Below, in pieces: positions 27,793 through 37,716 of a stretch of DNA of 64,000 nt. The notes beneath the pieces were generated by a model. That model did not search any database, was not told where the DNA came from, and saw only the letters and a list, made by a program, of their open reading frames with translations. Location of the stretch: IMG/VR virus record IMGVR_UViG_3300046787_000302, positions 64,001 through 128,000 of that record; one strand, written 5' to 3'. The stretch's first letter is position 1. Every line of letters starts with the position of its first letter. Source of the DNA: a virus. Its lineage: Duplodnaviria > Heunggongvirae > Uroviricota > Caudoviricetes. Both the position numbers and the translations under genes were made by a program.

Positions 27793-28180
27793 AACGATTG
27801 ATTAAACGTAAACACTTATTTTTAAACCCTCCCGCATGAACTTGTATCATGGGTACTTTGCACTTATTATAAACAGCTCGACGAATCTCATGTTCATTGT
27901 CGTCTAAGTGCCAGACAAACTCAGTATCACATAAATATGTGTACTTCCACTCCATGTTAGTAAACCTAACTTTCCATCTTGGTATACCTAGCTCATCAAC
28001 TACTTCCCATAAATCATCCAACGTTGCTGGATAGTCCATGGCATACTTATGTAGATGATTAACATCATACCGGGTTGTTACTACCCACACATCATACCCT
28101 TTGTCCAAGAGTTCCTTTGCGAACTCCTGAACATGAGGATGACTAAGCGTGTGATCAAAATCAAAACTTACTTTTGTCAT
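27761..28180 (-). CDS. HAD-superfamily phosphatase-like protein
   Basis: N-terminal SFDFDHTL (DxD motif I), VTTR (motif II), HLDD (motif IV). Confidence 0.7.
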   Translation of the reverse strand: MTKVSFDFDHTLSHPHVQEFAKELLDKGYDVWVVTTRYDVNHLHKYAMDYPATLDDLWEVVDELGIPRWKVRFTNMEWKYTYLCDTEFVWHLDDNEHEIRRAVYNKCKVPMIQVHAGGFKNKCLRLINRYESKVKKATS

Positions 28181-28195
28181 AGCTTAAAGTTATTA

Positions 28196-30148
28196 TTAAA
28201 AACTGAATAGTTCAAGCTGCCCTGTATTAGACAACTTAATGTTTGAGATGTTTTCTATCTCTTTGTTTATTGCATCGATATAAAACTGATAGTTTACATC
28301 TTCTGGGATCTGTTGATCTTTTTCGATATAGTTCATCTCAGTTAGTAACCATCTGTCTGCAATAACCTGGATTGCTCTACCGGAAGCTGGTTCCTTCTTT
28401 ACAATCTTTGATCCTTTGTTACTAACATAGTATCTGATAATCTTTTGAAGCTTTTCAAACTTCTCTTGACCATCAACAATACTATACTTCTCAAAGAACC
28501 AAGAACCTTTTGCTTTACTACCACCACAGAAGTCAAAGAAGTTTGTATGATTACGTACAAAGATCTCAGGGTCTACACCATTAACAAAGTACTCATAGAT
28601 ACCTTTTGGTATTACTAAGAAGCTTTTATTCTTGTGTAATAGTGCTGCTTTCTTTTTGCTTAGATCTTCCCACTCAAAACGACCTTTACACTTTGGTGTT
28701 TTACCTGGCTTCTTGTAAACTGCAATGTAGTTGTTTACATCACCAATGATCATCTTTTTGTACTCATCATGCTCAAGCTCAAGATTAGTTTTCTTCTCCC
28801 ACTCAGCACAAACCATCATATAGATGTCGACATACTTTTCAGGTATCATCATCTCAAGACCATCTGTGTTCTGCATTAAAGGTTGACAATCCGGGATAGC
28901 TTCTGCTAACATCTCATACAACATTGATAGTTGTAGTTGACCGTTTACAGTAATTTGCATTGTCATCTGTGGGTCATACAAGAAACTGTTCTCATCATTA
29001 CTTAAACCATAAGTTGAGTTCAAGATAATCTTGTACACATAGTTCTTTGGATCTGATTTTGGTATCTTCTTTCTTTCGTCAAAGAACCACTCATACAACT
29101 CTAAGAACTCTTTCTTTGGTAAGTGTTCAGGAGCAAACCCGTTTCTAATAGCTAAGTTAGGATAGAATGATGTTACATCACTTGACATAATAGTATATCC
29201 TGGTTTTGCTTCATAGATTCCAGCTTTTGCTGCACCATGGATACCACCAAGACCATAGTAACTATCAACCCCTTTGTAAGATACCTTATAGTCTAACGCA
29301 CCTTTTGTCTCAACAACTACCTTACTCTTAAAGAAGTTAAGTAAGTCATTAAACTGAGGCGTTGTAAAACTAATATAAGGTAAGATACAATCTTCAAGGA
29401 TGATTGCTTGTCTTGGCGTTCTTAGTTTCTTGAGCTCTCTTTTCTCTATACCTAACTTCTTTGTTAAGAAGTAAGCAAATAGTTCTTTTGATATGCGTGG
29501 CTCAGAAGCTGATAGTAAATCAATACCATACTCTTGACTTAAGGTAAGTCTTAAGTTGATCTGTTCTCTACTTAACTCCATAATGTTGCGTGTACTCTCA
29601 ACATCATTAACACAATACTCAAGGACCATTCTCTGAGTCTCTTCAGAATCAACGGGTTGGTTATGTTCATGAGGCATCTCAAGTACGCTTTGCCAATCCA
29701 TACTGTACTGAATCCACTTAAGACTACTCATCTTTGCAGGATTGTCCCAGTGATTAAGCTTAAACACATCGATCTGTTTGATTGATAGTTTATATGGTGC
29801 ATAGTCAAGCATCTCTTTTGAGATCTGCTTATTGATTACTGACTGAGCATAACCATAAATAATACGTGCGATAACTAACGGTGTGTGATTCTTCCAGTTT
29901 TGATGATTATCAAGTATGTACTGAGTGATTTGACTATCAAAGCCAAGACCGTTATATGAGATATGATATTCTTTGTTATTAACGTTTTGTTTTAGAAACG
30001 CAACGAAAGCATCAAAGTCATCTCTGAACTCTGATACCACAAAGTACTTACGTACCTTGTCATTCTTGTAGTGAATAAAGACTGCCATGAAACAATTACA
30101 GATTGTCTCGTAGTCCATCACCCAGTGGGCTTTAGTTTTCATATGCAA
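28196..30148 (-). CDS. polB: Family B DNA polymerase with N-terminal 3'-5' exonuclease (start may be the second Met, MKTK)
   Basis: Motif A SDVTSFYPN, motif B KIILNSTYG, motif C NTDG; Exo I MDYET, Exo II YNGLGFDSQI. Confidence 0.93.
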   Translation of the reverse strand: MHMKTKAHWVMDYETICNCFMAVFIHYKNDKVRKYFVVSEFRDDFDAFVAFLKQNVNNKEYHISYNGLGFDSQITQYILDNHQNWKNHTPLVIARIIYGYAQSVINKQISKEMLDYAPYKLSIKQIDVFKLNHWDNPAKMSSLKWIQYSMDWQSVLEMPHEHNQPVDSEETQRMVLEYCVNDVESTRNIMELSREQINLRLTLSQEYGIDLLSASEPRISKELFAYFLTKKLGIEKRELKKLRTPRQAIILEDCILPYISFTTPQFNDLLNFFKSKVVVETKGALDYKVSYKGVDSYYGLGGIHGAAKAGIYEAKPGYTIMSSDVTSFYPNLAIRNGFAPEHLPKKEFLELYEWFFDERKKIPKSDPKNYVYKIILNSTYGLSNDENSFLYDPQMTMQITVNGQLQLSMLYEMLAEAIPDCQPLMQNTDGLEMMIPEKYVDIYMMVCAEWEKKTNLELEHDEYKKMIIGDVNNYIAVYKKPGKTPKCKGRFEWEDLSKKKAALLHKNKSFLVIPKGIYEYFVNGVDPEIFVRNHTNFFDFCGGSKAKGSWFFEKYSIVDGQEKFEKLQKIIRYYVSNKGSKIVKKEPASGRAIQVIADRWLLTEMNYIEKDQQIPEDVNYQFYIDAINKEIENISNIKLSNTGQLELFSF

Positions 30149-30184
30149 CGTTCAGTTAAGCTGTTCCCCCATCTTTGTGTGCAT

Positions 30185-30215
30185 AAAAAATGGGAGAAGC
30201 ATGACCTCTCCCATT
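30185..30215 (-). terminator. Intrinsic terminator
   Basis: Minus strand ATGGGAGA...TCTCCCAT stem followed by a T-run. Confidence 0.75.
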
Positions 30216-30234
30216 AGTACAATAGCAACTTAAA

Positions 30235-30615
30235 CTACTTCTTTTGTATCAAACCTGCATAATGAATAGTTACTGGCTGATCTTTACTGCGCATTAAGTC
30301 AACAAAGTCTAAGATCTCATTAGCATTATCAATATAATACTCATAAGATGTCTCCATTAAACGTCTTTCTTCAGCAAAAGGTGTGAACTCTTCAGGATCA
30401 CCTGCTTTTTTCTTTACTGGTATAATCTTTCCACGGTCATCAAGACGAGGTAAGAAGTGATACTTTTGTCTCTTCTCTTTTGAGATGACAGCTAAGATAC
30501 CTTGAGAAGGATCATAGATACATTCTGCAAAAGGACACTCCATGTTGATAGGAATCATGCGAAAACTATCAAGCTCTCCCCACTTTGAAGAGATAATAAA
30601 CATATTGTTTGCCAT
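30235..30615 (-). CDS. Hypothetical protein (126 aa)
   Basis: ORF with A/C-rich leader, in operon. Confidence 0.6.
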   Translation of the reverse strand: MANNMFIISSKWGELDSFRMIPINMECPFAECIYDPSQGILAVISKEKRQKYHFLPRLDDRGKIIPVKKKAGDPEEFTPFAEERRLMETSYEYYIDNANEILDFVDLMRSKDQPVTIHYAGLIQKK

Positions 30616-30638
30616 AAGGTTGGTTGGTTTTTTACAAA

Positions 30639-31220
30639 TTAAACTGCTTTTTCTAAGATCTCCAAATCTTGCAGTGCTAAACTAAAAGTTTCTTTGTTCG
30701 GGTTGTACTTATCACACAACTCACCCACTTCTTCAAGGACTTTTACTTTAACATCTAGTAGATGTGCATAGTCCTCAAAGTAAGCTTGTGGGTATAGATA
30801 AGACTGTATGTATAGATACTCGTTCGAACCTTGTTTGTAGTAGTATAGTATTGCTTTCTTTAGACTATCGCTAAGCATTGAGTACTTACCATCAAGAAAG
30901 TAGTTCCAGTCCTTTGCCTTCTTTGTGAAGTTAAAGATATAGATAACTTGTTTGTTATCAGGTGATGTTTCCTTTAGCTCAAACAAAGGTGATGCTGTTA
31001 ACATCGCATCTGCTTTTTTGTATGCTGCTGACTTATCACCTGCTTTATAAACAACTATCAATCTTTTCTTCTTTACCGTATATCTTCCTTCCCAAGCAAC
31101 ATAAACATGTTCGGGTTGAGCAACCTTTTCTTTTTCAGGTAAGACATACGGTAATAAGAAAGCTTTTGACTTCTGAAAATACTTATCGTATAGTGAGCGT
31201 AACTGGTACTTTGATGCCAT
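30639..31220 (-). CDS. Hypothetical protein (193 aa)
   Basis: ORF in operon, preceded by a TATATTTG element. Confidence 0.6.
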   Translation of the reverse strand: MASKYQLRSLYDKYFQKSKAFLLPYVLPEKEKVAQPEHVYVAWEGRYTVKKKRLIVVYKAGDKSAAYKKADAMLTASPLFELKETSPDNKQVIYIFNFTKKAKDWNYFLDGKYSMLSDSLKKAILYYYKQGSNEYLYIQSYLYPQAYFEDYAHLLDVKVKVLEEVGELCDKYNPNKETFSLALQDLEILEKAV

Positions 31221-31236
31221 ATGCGTTTAGATTATA

Positions 31237-32241
31237 CTACAAATATACTTTTTTACTGCCAAGTTCATAAGGAAGATAATAGTTTCTTTCCTTATAGTGC
31301 CACTCTGCTTTGTCTAGGGTTTCACCTAAACGCTCACGCCACTGATTAATACTAGAGTCAGATACACCAAAAGCATATGTGCAGTAGTTTTTATCGATAG
31401 CAACAAAGTTAAACTCAATAGTGTAACCATCATCAACAAGTACCTTGAAGTTTTCCATCACTAGCTCATAGTAGATAGCTGCTTGCATCCAGTAAGAGAA
31501 GTGCTCAATAGAACCATCAAAGTTCATTAGATCTTTTGAAGTAGTCTTTAAGTCGTTTATAAAGATCTTCTTCTGATCGTGATCGACTTTTAGGTTGTCA
31601 ATAATACCTTTCAAGCCAAACGGATAGTCTTTGAACTTATTAACATAGAACATCTTCTCGTTTACTGTTTCGATATTACCTGACATACTATCAAGATGTA
31701 AGCCTAGTAGCTCACATATCTCTGGATGAGACTTAATGATATCAACTGCTTCTGTACAGAAAGTAAGAGTCTCTTGATCGATTAGATCTTTACCCTTTCT
31801 CATCTTTAAGAAGGACCAGTACACTAAGTTATCAAGAGTAACAATCTTCTCAAGACGTTGTGCATCAGTCTTTAAGTTCTGAAAGTAGTTCATATCTACC
31901 ATGATATCAAGAATAGCTCCTTGAAAGTGCTCTAACTCCTCTCTTGAGTCATCAACTAACTGTGACTTATGAGCAAATACTCGATCAATTACGGTCTTTG
32001 TCTTTGCTGTTGGTAAGTCAGTTGGCATTACGATATAGTTCTTTTGCAAACTATCTGGTTCTAAGATAAGATTATGTATTAGTTTACCCTTTATAAGGTG
32101 ATCTGCAACAACTTCTTCTCTAATGCCATTAATGTATACGTCCTTGAAGGACTTGGGATTCCACCGTAGTCTACTTAAACTACTGTAACTAAAGTTAAAA
32201 GGACTACCGTAAAAGGTGTCCATATTGTGTTGCTCTTCCAT
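31237..32241 (-). CDS. PD-(D/E)XK exonuclease (RecE/ExoVIII-like)
   Basis: FSYSSL, GKLIH, LKGIIDNL...INDLKTT, YWMQAAIY motifs. Confidence 0.82.
   Translation of the reverse strand: MEEQHNMDTFYGSPFNFSYSSLSRLRWNPKSFKDVYINGIREEVVADHLIKGKLIHNLILEPDSLQKNYIVMPTDLPTAKTKTVIDRVFAHKSQLVDDSREELEHFQGAILDIMVDMNYFQNLKTDAQRLEKIVTLDNLVYWSFLKMRKGKDLIDQETLTFCTEAVDIIKSHPEICELLGLHLDSMSGNIETVNEKMFYVNKFKDYPFGLKGIIDNLKVDHDQKKIFINDLKTTSKDLMNFDGSIEHFSYWMQAAIYYELVMENFKVLVDDGYTIEFNFVAIDKNYCTYAFGVSDSSINQWRERLGETLDKAEWHYKERNYYLPYELGSKKVYL
31240..31247 (-). promoter_or_regulatory. Bacteroidota -7 promoter element (TATATTTG)
   Basis: Exact TAnnTTTG match 20 nt upstream of the 31220 start; no clear -33 box. Confidence 0.45.
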
Positions 32242-32255
32242 TGTGTGTCTGTAGT

Positions 32256-32435
32256 TTAAATACCTGATGATTCACTAACGTGATCAACCTCTTCGTCTTT
32301 TGACCAGTAGCCTTGTTGATACATGTAGTTACGAATCTCTAAAGCAGTAGTTCTATCTGTTGTTGTTGACTCGATACGCTCTAAGAAGCCTATTAAATCA
32401 AAACAAGCTTCTTCTGTTTTATTACTTTGGACCAT
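32256..32435 (-). CDS. Small hypothetical protein (59 aa; not in ORF track)
   Basis: Translated by hand: MVQSNKTEEACFDLIGFLERIES...SESSGI; fills the gap in the operon. Confidence 0.5.
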   Translation of the reverse strand: MVQSNKTEEACFDLIGFLERIESTTTDRTTALEIRNYMYQQGYWSKDEEVDHVSESSGI

Positions 32436-32595
32436 GTTCTTGTTTCTTTAATTGTTCTGCTATCTCATCTGGGAGATAACCTAATAAGTTTTTCTTTGGT
32501 AAGAACTCTAATAGCTCATAGATAGCTGTTACATCCTGCATCGCAAAGTCTTCCTTCATCTGTTCTATAACAGCTTCAATAATCGGGTCTTCCAT
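32422..32595 (-). CDS. Small hypothetical protein (57 aa; not in ORF track)
   Basis: Translated by hand: MEDPIIEAVIEQMKEDFAMQDVTAIYELLEFLPKKNLLGYLP...HGPK; starts 1 nt after the upstream stop. Confidence 0.55.
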   Translation of the reverse strand: MEDPIIEAVIEQMKEDFAMQDVTAIYELLEFLPKKNLLGYLPDEIAEQLKKQEHGPK

Positions 32596-32596
32596 A

Positions 32597-32941
32597 TTAG
32601 TTATATTTTTCTTCCATCATAATAAGAGCATCTCTTTTTGTTTGTGCTTTTACTGATGTACCAACTTTCTTTGTACTTACTGCAGTTTCTAATACACCTC
32701 TCCATATTTTAGAGTTGAACCTATCTTGTTCTAGTGTCCATAAGTCACCGCAGAGAGTTACTCTGTAAATACCTGGTTTTACAAGTACAATACTTCTGTT
32801 ATCACTGGGTCTTAGTTTCTTTGTTTGCATTACAACATAACTTTCTAGTAAGTCTGCAATGCGTTTTAACTCGTGATGTATGCCGGGTATGTTCGTTGAT
32901 ATCAACTTTTGACCCATTAGAGTCTCATGTAGTTCAGCCAT
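32597..32941 (-). CDS. Hypothetical protein (114 aa)
   Basis: Begins with an LHETLMG...LKRIAD motif common in small phage proteins. Confidence 0.55.
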   Translation of the reverse strand: MAELHETLMGQKLISTNIPGIHHELKRIADLLESYVVMQTKKLRPSDNRSIVLVKPGIYRVTLCGDLWTLEQDRFNSKIWRGVLETAVSTKKVGTSVKAQTKRDALIMMEEKYN

Positions 32942-32952
32942 AATCTTTTTGT

Positions 32953-33396
32953 TTATTCCATATCACGTCCATACCATTTACCTAGTATGTTTCCGTTATA
33001 GGAGTTTGTTCTTAATACGTCTAGTTTAACTTGCCAAGCAAACTCAGCATATGTTAAGTACTTCTTTGTCTTGCACAACTCTAAGATTTCTCTTGAGAAG
33101 TGATTAACTCCAAGTAGCTTAACATCTGCTGATAGTTCTTTGCTTGAGCCATAGTACTTTAACCAGTCAGACTCTTTCTTTATGTACTCAAAAGTTTTTC
33201 TTGTTTTTGTTTCTGCTTTACTACGAGCTGAGATTCGTTTCTTCTTTGTATGGAACAAAGACTTCTTACCTATATAGATCTGACCTGTTGTTAGGTTTGT
33301 GATCTTATAGACAAATCCTTCTAGTTCGTGGTAGTTTGGAAGCTTGTCAAGTGAACTAATAGCAATCTTCTTGTACATCCATGTAGTCTGGCTCAT
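32953..33396 (-). CDS. GIY-YIG family nuclease-like protein
   Basis: GFVYKITN...YIGKK, YYGSS, REILE and YNGNI motifs. Confidence 0.75.
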   Translation of the reverse strand: MSQTTWMYKKIAISSLDKLPNYHELEGFVYKITNLTTGQIYIGKKSLFHTKKKRISARSKAETKTRKTFEYIKKESDWLKYYGSSKELSADVKLLGVNHFSREILELCKTKKYLTYAEFAWQVKLDVLRTNSYNGNILGKWYGRDME

Positions 33397-34375
33397 TGTT
33401 TACTATGTGTTTTGTTATTAAAGGAACAAGATTGATCATTACTTGCCTAGGTCCAAAGTCACGTATTGCATCTGCTAAGTCTTTTGCCATCTTAAAGTGG
33501 ACATAAGGTGTTCCGTAGTGCTCTTCGTACTTTTTCATTGCTCTAAGTCCTGCATCATCGTTGTCAAAGATAGTAATAATCTTTTTATAACGTCGACTAT
33601 ACTCCTCAATAACATCATGTTTAATCATTGTGTTCTCAGAATCTGGTGCAATAACATCGATACTAAGCTTTAATGATTTAAGTGCCATCAAGTCTTTAAG
33701 ACTAGAGGCAATCACAAGATAATCATGTCCTTTTAGTTGCTCTGAACCTTGTATGTAGTTAGCAACCTTAATAAACTTTTTATCTTTTACAGTTGGTTGA
33801 TATATCTTATATACATCACCTGCTTCTGTAAAGTAACCATAAAGATTCTTGCCTAATATCTCAAGCTCTTTATGTTCACCATCTTCTTCTTTTGACATAA
33901 TGTAACTCTTTAAGGGTCTAACATTATGCCCATCAAGTAATCTGCTACCAATGTTAAACTTGGTCCAGTAATACTGATCTGCTGTTGTCCAGGGTCTCAC
34001 AAAAGTTTCCTTTACGCGATACTTACTATAGCTTTTAAACTCTTGAACATCAAAGCCTCCATTATTATGTAGTATAAACTCGTTATAGTCCTCAATAATA
34101 GTAGCGGCTGCTTGTCCAAAGCTACACTGATACAAATGCTTTACTAAATCAATAGCCCCTCCGCCTTTATCTGTTGAGAAGTCTTTAAACTTGTACTGAG
34201 TTTTCTTCTGGTCAAAGTATATACACATACTTGGTGTACGTTCCTTTGGATTAAAGAGACTCTTTACTTTAAGATCTTGCCCAACAAGCTTTTCAGAGAG
34301 CTTACAATAATGCTCAAAGATCCATGATGATGGAACGAGCTTGACATCTGAGATTAAGTTTTTTGTACTTAGCAT
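33356..34375 (-). CDS. DNA primase (DnaG-like, TOPRIM)
   Basis: N-terminal ERTPS...FKDFS...GGAID (Zn-ribbon-like region lacking the Cys ligands), TOPRIM SLKDLM and FDNDDAG, C-terminal KDLAD. Confidence 0.82.
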   Translation of the reverse strand: MLSTKNLISDVKLVPSSWIFEHYCKLSEKLVGQDLKVKSLFNPKERTPSMCIYFDQKKTQYKFKDFSTDKGGGAIDLVKHLYQCSFGQAAATIIEDYNEFILHNNGGFDVQEFKSYSKYRVKETFVRPWTTADQYYWTKFNIGSRLLDGHNVRPLKSYIMSKEEDGEHKELEILGKNLYGYFTEAGDVYKIYQPTVKDKKFIKVANYIQGSEQLKGHDYLVIASSLKDLMALKSLKLSIDVIAPDSENTMIKHDVIEEYSRRYKKIITIFDNDDAGLRAMKKYEEHYGTPYVHFKMAKDLADAIRDFGPRQVMINLVPLITKHIVNNEPDYMDVQEDCY

Positions 34376-34395
34376 AACCGTGTTAATTATAGGAG

Positions 34396-34432
34396 AAAAA
34401 AGAAGGGCAGAGATAAAATCTCCACCCTTTCT
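34396..34432 (-). terminator. Intrinsic terminator
   Basis: Minus strand AAGGGTGGAGAT-TTT-ATCTCTGCCCTT followed by CTTTTTT. Confidence 0.75.
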
Positions 34433-34453
34433 TACATCACCTAACCACTAATA

Positions 34454-35149
34454 TTATAAGCTGAAGTCGTTGTTTGGTTCGAAGCCTGCAACTGGCTTAT
34501 CTTCTTTTGGCTCACTAACATGTAGTGCCTTATCAAAAGTAATAAGATCAGCTTCGTTACCCTTTAACACATAAGCTTTCTTTCCTGTCTTGTCATAAGG
34601 TAAATACAAGTCATATGCTGTATAACCTTTTGCATTCTTGTAACCACTTGCTGCAACAGTAAATACCATTGAACGGTTTGCAAATATACGAGATACTGCA
34701 TCAACGTGATCAAAGATAGTTGAAGCTGCAATGTTATCAACTGCTTCTCTAATAGGAGCACCTAAAGAGTTAGCTAAGTTAATTACTGCTTGTAAGTACT
34801 CATTATCACGCTTGTTGTTGATAGTCTTTGTAGTACCATCTGGCATGTTACGAGTTACTGTACTATCCTTCATTGGATATGCTTTGTACTTTACACGACC
34901 AATCTGTCCTAAGTGGCGAGGACTTGTTGGATCACTTGGGTTGATAAAGAAACCTTGGAATGTTGGATCTGTTACTGGTGCAGTTTCTAAGTTTAACACC
35001 AAGCTAACTGAACCATCAGTATCAAAACTACGGTTCTTTAATAACTGAACATTCTGGATACGTGCTTCTGTTGTTCCTGGTCCAATGATTGGGCTAGTTT
35101 TTGCTGTTCCTCTTTCTTCTACTGCTGCGAAATCTTTTGTACTAATCAT
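34454..35149 (-). CDS. Putative single-stranded DNA-binding protein
   Basis: Sits between the Sak4-like ATPase and the primase; beta-rich, with an acidic/aromatic C-terminal tail (GFEPNNDFSL). Confidence 0.45.
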   Translation of the reverse strand: MISTKDFAAVEERGTAKTSPIIGPGTTEARIQNVQLLKNRSFDTDGSVSLVLNLETAPVTDPTFQGFFINPSDPTSPRHLGQIGRVKYKAYPMKDSTVTRNMPDGTTKTINNKRDNEYLQAVINLANSLGAPIREAVDNIAASTIFDHVDAVSRIFANRSMVFTVAASGYKNAKGYTAYDLYLPYDKTGKKAYVLKGNEADLITFDKALHVSEPKEDKPVAGFEPNNDFSL

Positions 35150-35181
35150 GATTATTCTGTTGTTTATTATTGTTTACATTA

Positions 35182-35922
35182 TTAAATAAATACTTGGTCC
35201 CAGTAAGTTACCAGACCCTTGTCTGTCATCTCTGACACCATAAACTCATTGTCTCTCAAGTGGGTTGGTCTAGCTCCACAAGATATTTCATCTGTTGTTT
35301 TAAAGCTTAGGAAGTTTTGCTTACCCTTGCGATACAGATAACCAATAGCATCAGAGTTTGATGTACTGATTCGTTTTAACTTACCTGTTAGATCAAGGTC
35401 AAGAACATTTACTTCTGCTCCGTTCTTCTCTAACATAGTGTCTTTAACGTGTCCTACTAAAATGATGTGAGGTGCTAAAGTCTTGATATAATCAATAACC
35501 TTTGTGAACGCCTCACGTAACCACGGATAACCAGCGCCATTAGGTAAGTTTAATAAGCTTGTATACTTAGGCTTACCTTCTGTTAACCAGTTCTTACCCA
35601 TTGATGTCTTTGCATATAACTCTTCTGCAAAGGGTAGACAGATGTCTTCAAGGGCCGTGATGGTATCTACTGCAATATACTTATACGGTTTATTTGCTTT
35701 TAAGATCTGCTCACCGATGGCCTTTATCTCCCTAACGGATGTCGCCTTGATCTTTAATGCATCAACATAGTCAGTACCACTTTCAAGGTCTAAGATTAGA
35801 CACTCAGGTAGTCCAGCTAGTAACTCAGTCTTGCCAACTTTTGGCTTTGCGAATATAATAAGATTCTTTGGATTCTTTACTTCCGCTTTTACTTTATCTG
35901 TAGGTAATATTATCTCGTCCAT
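35182..35922 (-). CDS. AAA_24/Sak4-like P-loop ATPase (putative ssDNA annealing recombinase)
   Basis: Walker A AKPKVGKT, LDLESG, Walker B VDTITALE, VGHVKD. Confidence 0.8.
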   Translation of the reverse strand: MDEIILPTDKVKAEVKNPKNLIIFAKPKVGKTELLAGLPECLILDLESGTDYVDALKIKATSVREIKAIGEQILKANKPYKYIAVDTITALEDICLPFAEELYAKTSMGKNWLTEGKPKYTSLLNLPNGAGYPWLREAFTKVIDYIKTLAPHIILVGHVKDTMLEKNGAEVNVLDLDLTGKLKRISTSNSDAIGYLYRKGKQNFLSFKTTDEISCGARPTHLRDNEFMVSEMTDKGLVTYWDQVFI

Positions 35923-36674
35923 TATTTGCTTCTTTGTTTTTGTATTTTTCTGATTGCTTCATTAAGGTACTCTTTTGAGCTAACTGCCTCACACTGAATG
36001 ATTGCTAGTAAGTCAAGCACACTAAGATTATTATAGTGCTGATCTTCTGCTTTGAAATCATTTGCTGTTAGTTGTTCTAACTCAAGTTCTAACTGACTCT
36101 GACTTGGTAGTGCAGGCTCATCTTCTAATATTGCAAAAGCTTTTTGTTGTCTTGCTTCAGTATTTGGTACAACAATACTAGGCTTAAAGTAAGAACCGTT
36201 CTTTCCAACTGCTATAAGATCAGATAACGGAACACTGTATAACTTATTCTCTGCAGCATCTTGTATTGTATTAGCACTAATATTTGCTAAAGGATACATC
36301 TCCCAGTATGGTGTATCTGTATCAACTGTAAATAAGATACGATCATCCATTCCCATATAACCTTTCTTATCATCTGAAGTCTTCAAGATCTCAAAGAAAA
36401 AGTTTTTTCTAAACTGATTACCATAGATGTTTACAGAGTCTGTGTTTGTCGTTGAGTCATGCCAGATTGTTTTGAACTCAACCTTTGCTCCCGGAAAACC
36501 ATACTCTATCAGCACATCTTTGTGAAACTGAGTCAACTTAACATACAGTTGTTTCTTTTCATCTGCAGTCATGTTTGTTTTACTAAGTACATTCGGCCCT
36601 AAGTCAGGCACTGCTTTTGGTACGGACTCTATGATCCTGTACCCTGTCATTGGATTATTAAACATATTAAACAT
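35922..36674 (-). CDS. Hypothetical protein (250 aa)
   Basis: ORF with a 1-nt stop/start overlap to the ATPase gene. Confidence 0.6.
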   Translation of the reverse strand: MFNMFNNPMTGYRIIESVPKAVPDLGPNVLSKTNMTADEKKQLYVKLTQFHKDVLIEYGFPGAKVEFKTIWHDSTTNTDSVNIYGNQFRKNFFFEILKTSDDKKGYMGMDDRILFTVDTDTPYWEMYPLANISANTIQDAAENKLYSVPLSDLIAVGKNGSYFKPSIVVPNTEARQQKAFAILEDEPALPSQSQLELELEQLTANDFKAEDQHYNNLSVLDLLAIIQCEAVSSKEYLNEAIRKIQKQRSK

Positions 36675-36676
36675 TA

Positions 36677-37678
36677 TTAAGGATTTACTACTCTTTTGGT
36701 ACTGACACCTTGTGATTCTCTATCCGGTTCTTTACACTCAACAAACTTATTTGCTCCAAAGTCTGCTCTAAAGAATATGATAGAGTCTGATTTACCATCT
36801 CTAGCCTTTAAGATGTGTGCTGCAACGTGATCTTTTTCGACCTTATACTTCTGAGGACCATATACAAGTAGGTTCTTCTCAAAAGGTCTGTCAAGAGCAA
36901 TCATTAAGTCAGCATGGTTATACAAAGCATCACCACCATAGATATCTGAAGTGTTTGGATAGTTACCAGCTTTACCTGGAGCACGTCTCTCATTACTCTC
37001 GATATCTCTATTCATTTGGTTTAGTACTATAAATAAGCACGGGATAGATTTCTTTAGCTCTGTCATCATTATACCTAAGTTATGAAGCATTGCTAACTCA
37101 CTCTTCTCTGTACCCATCATTACTAAGTAACTATGGTCAATAGTAATCATCATTGGTTTACGATGTCTTGCCCACATTGCTAGGATATAAGCTCTAATGT
37201 TAGCAACTGTACAACGTTTTGTTATTACAAAGATTTTGTCGTTTGGAGCTTTCTGCTTCTTGTGATCGACATAACCTTTTATGTAATCTAAAACTGTTGA
37301 CGCTAACTGCTTTGTAGCACTAGCTAACTCTTTTACTGATAACCCCGTCTTCTGACTATACTCTCTTAACGCAATCTTTTCATCTGTCATCTCAAACTGA
37401 AAGTCTAAGACGATGAAATCTTGTGATGAGTTTATGTCATGAACATTACGGGTTAACTCAAGCATGAAGGTAGTCTTACCACCTCCGGATCTAGCGGCAA
37501 TAACAGAGATTGTTCCCCACTCAAAGCCACCCATAGTTACCTCGTTAATACTTGGCCATGGTGACATAACGGATTTAATCTGTCCTGTTCTGCGCTTTTC
37601 GATGTAATCTATACCCTTCTGGTTAATAACAGATAAGGGTACTACATCATCTAAAATGTCTGTTGTTTGTGTGCTCAT
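36677..37678 (-). CDS. dnaB: Replicative DNA helicase (DnaB-like, C-terminal domain only)
   Basis: AARSGGGKTT Walker A, FQFEM, IDH, LNQMNR, DIYGGDAL, KARDG motifs. Confidence 0.88.
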   Translation of the reverse strand: MSTQTTDILDDVVPLSVINQKGIDYIEKRRTGQIKSVMSPWPSINEVTMGGFEWGTISVIAARSGGGKTTFMLELTRNVHDINSSQDFIVLDFQFEMTDEKIALREYSQKTGLSVKELASATKQLASTVLDYIKGYVDHKKQKAPNDKIFVITKRCTVANIRAYILAMWARHRKPMMITIDHSYLVMMGTEKSELAMLHNLGIMMTELKKSIPCLFIVLNQMNRDIESNERRAPGKAGNYPNTSDIYGGDALYNHADLMIALDRPFEKNLLVYGPQKYKVEKDHVAAHILKARDGKSDSIIFFRADFGANKFVECKEPDRESQGVSTKRVVNP

Positions 37679-37716
37679 AGGAAGATAAAAATACGAAAAA
37701 TATACTACAAAAACAA

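Noticed and set aside
30149-30184. Possible translational operator upstream of polB (GGGGAACAGCTTAACTGAAC)
   Set aside because: Only a 3-bp stem can be drawn and there is no second copy; too weak to support.
32953-33396. GIY-YIG gene as a mobile homing endonuclease
   Set aside because: Only 147 aa with no C-terminal DNA-binding (NUMOD) repeats, and it is not inside an intron; more likely a resident nuclease.
13221-37678. Inteins or self-splicing introns in RNAP, PolB, primase or DnaB
   Set aside because: The ORFs are continuous, PolB and DnaB are of compact size, and I saw no C...HN/[CST] splice junctions or LAGLIDADG blocks.
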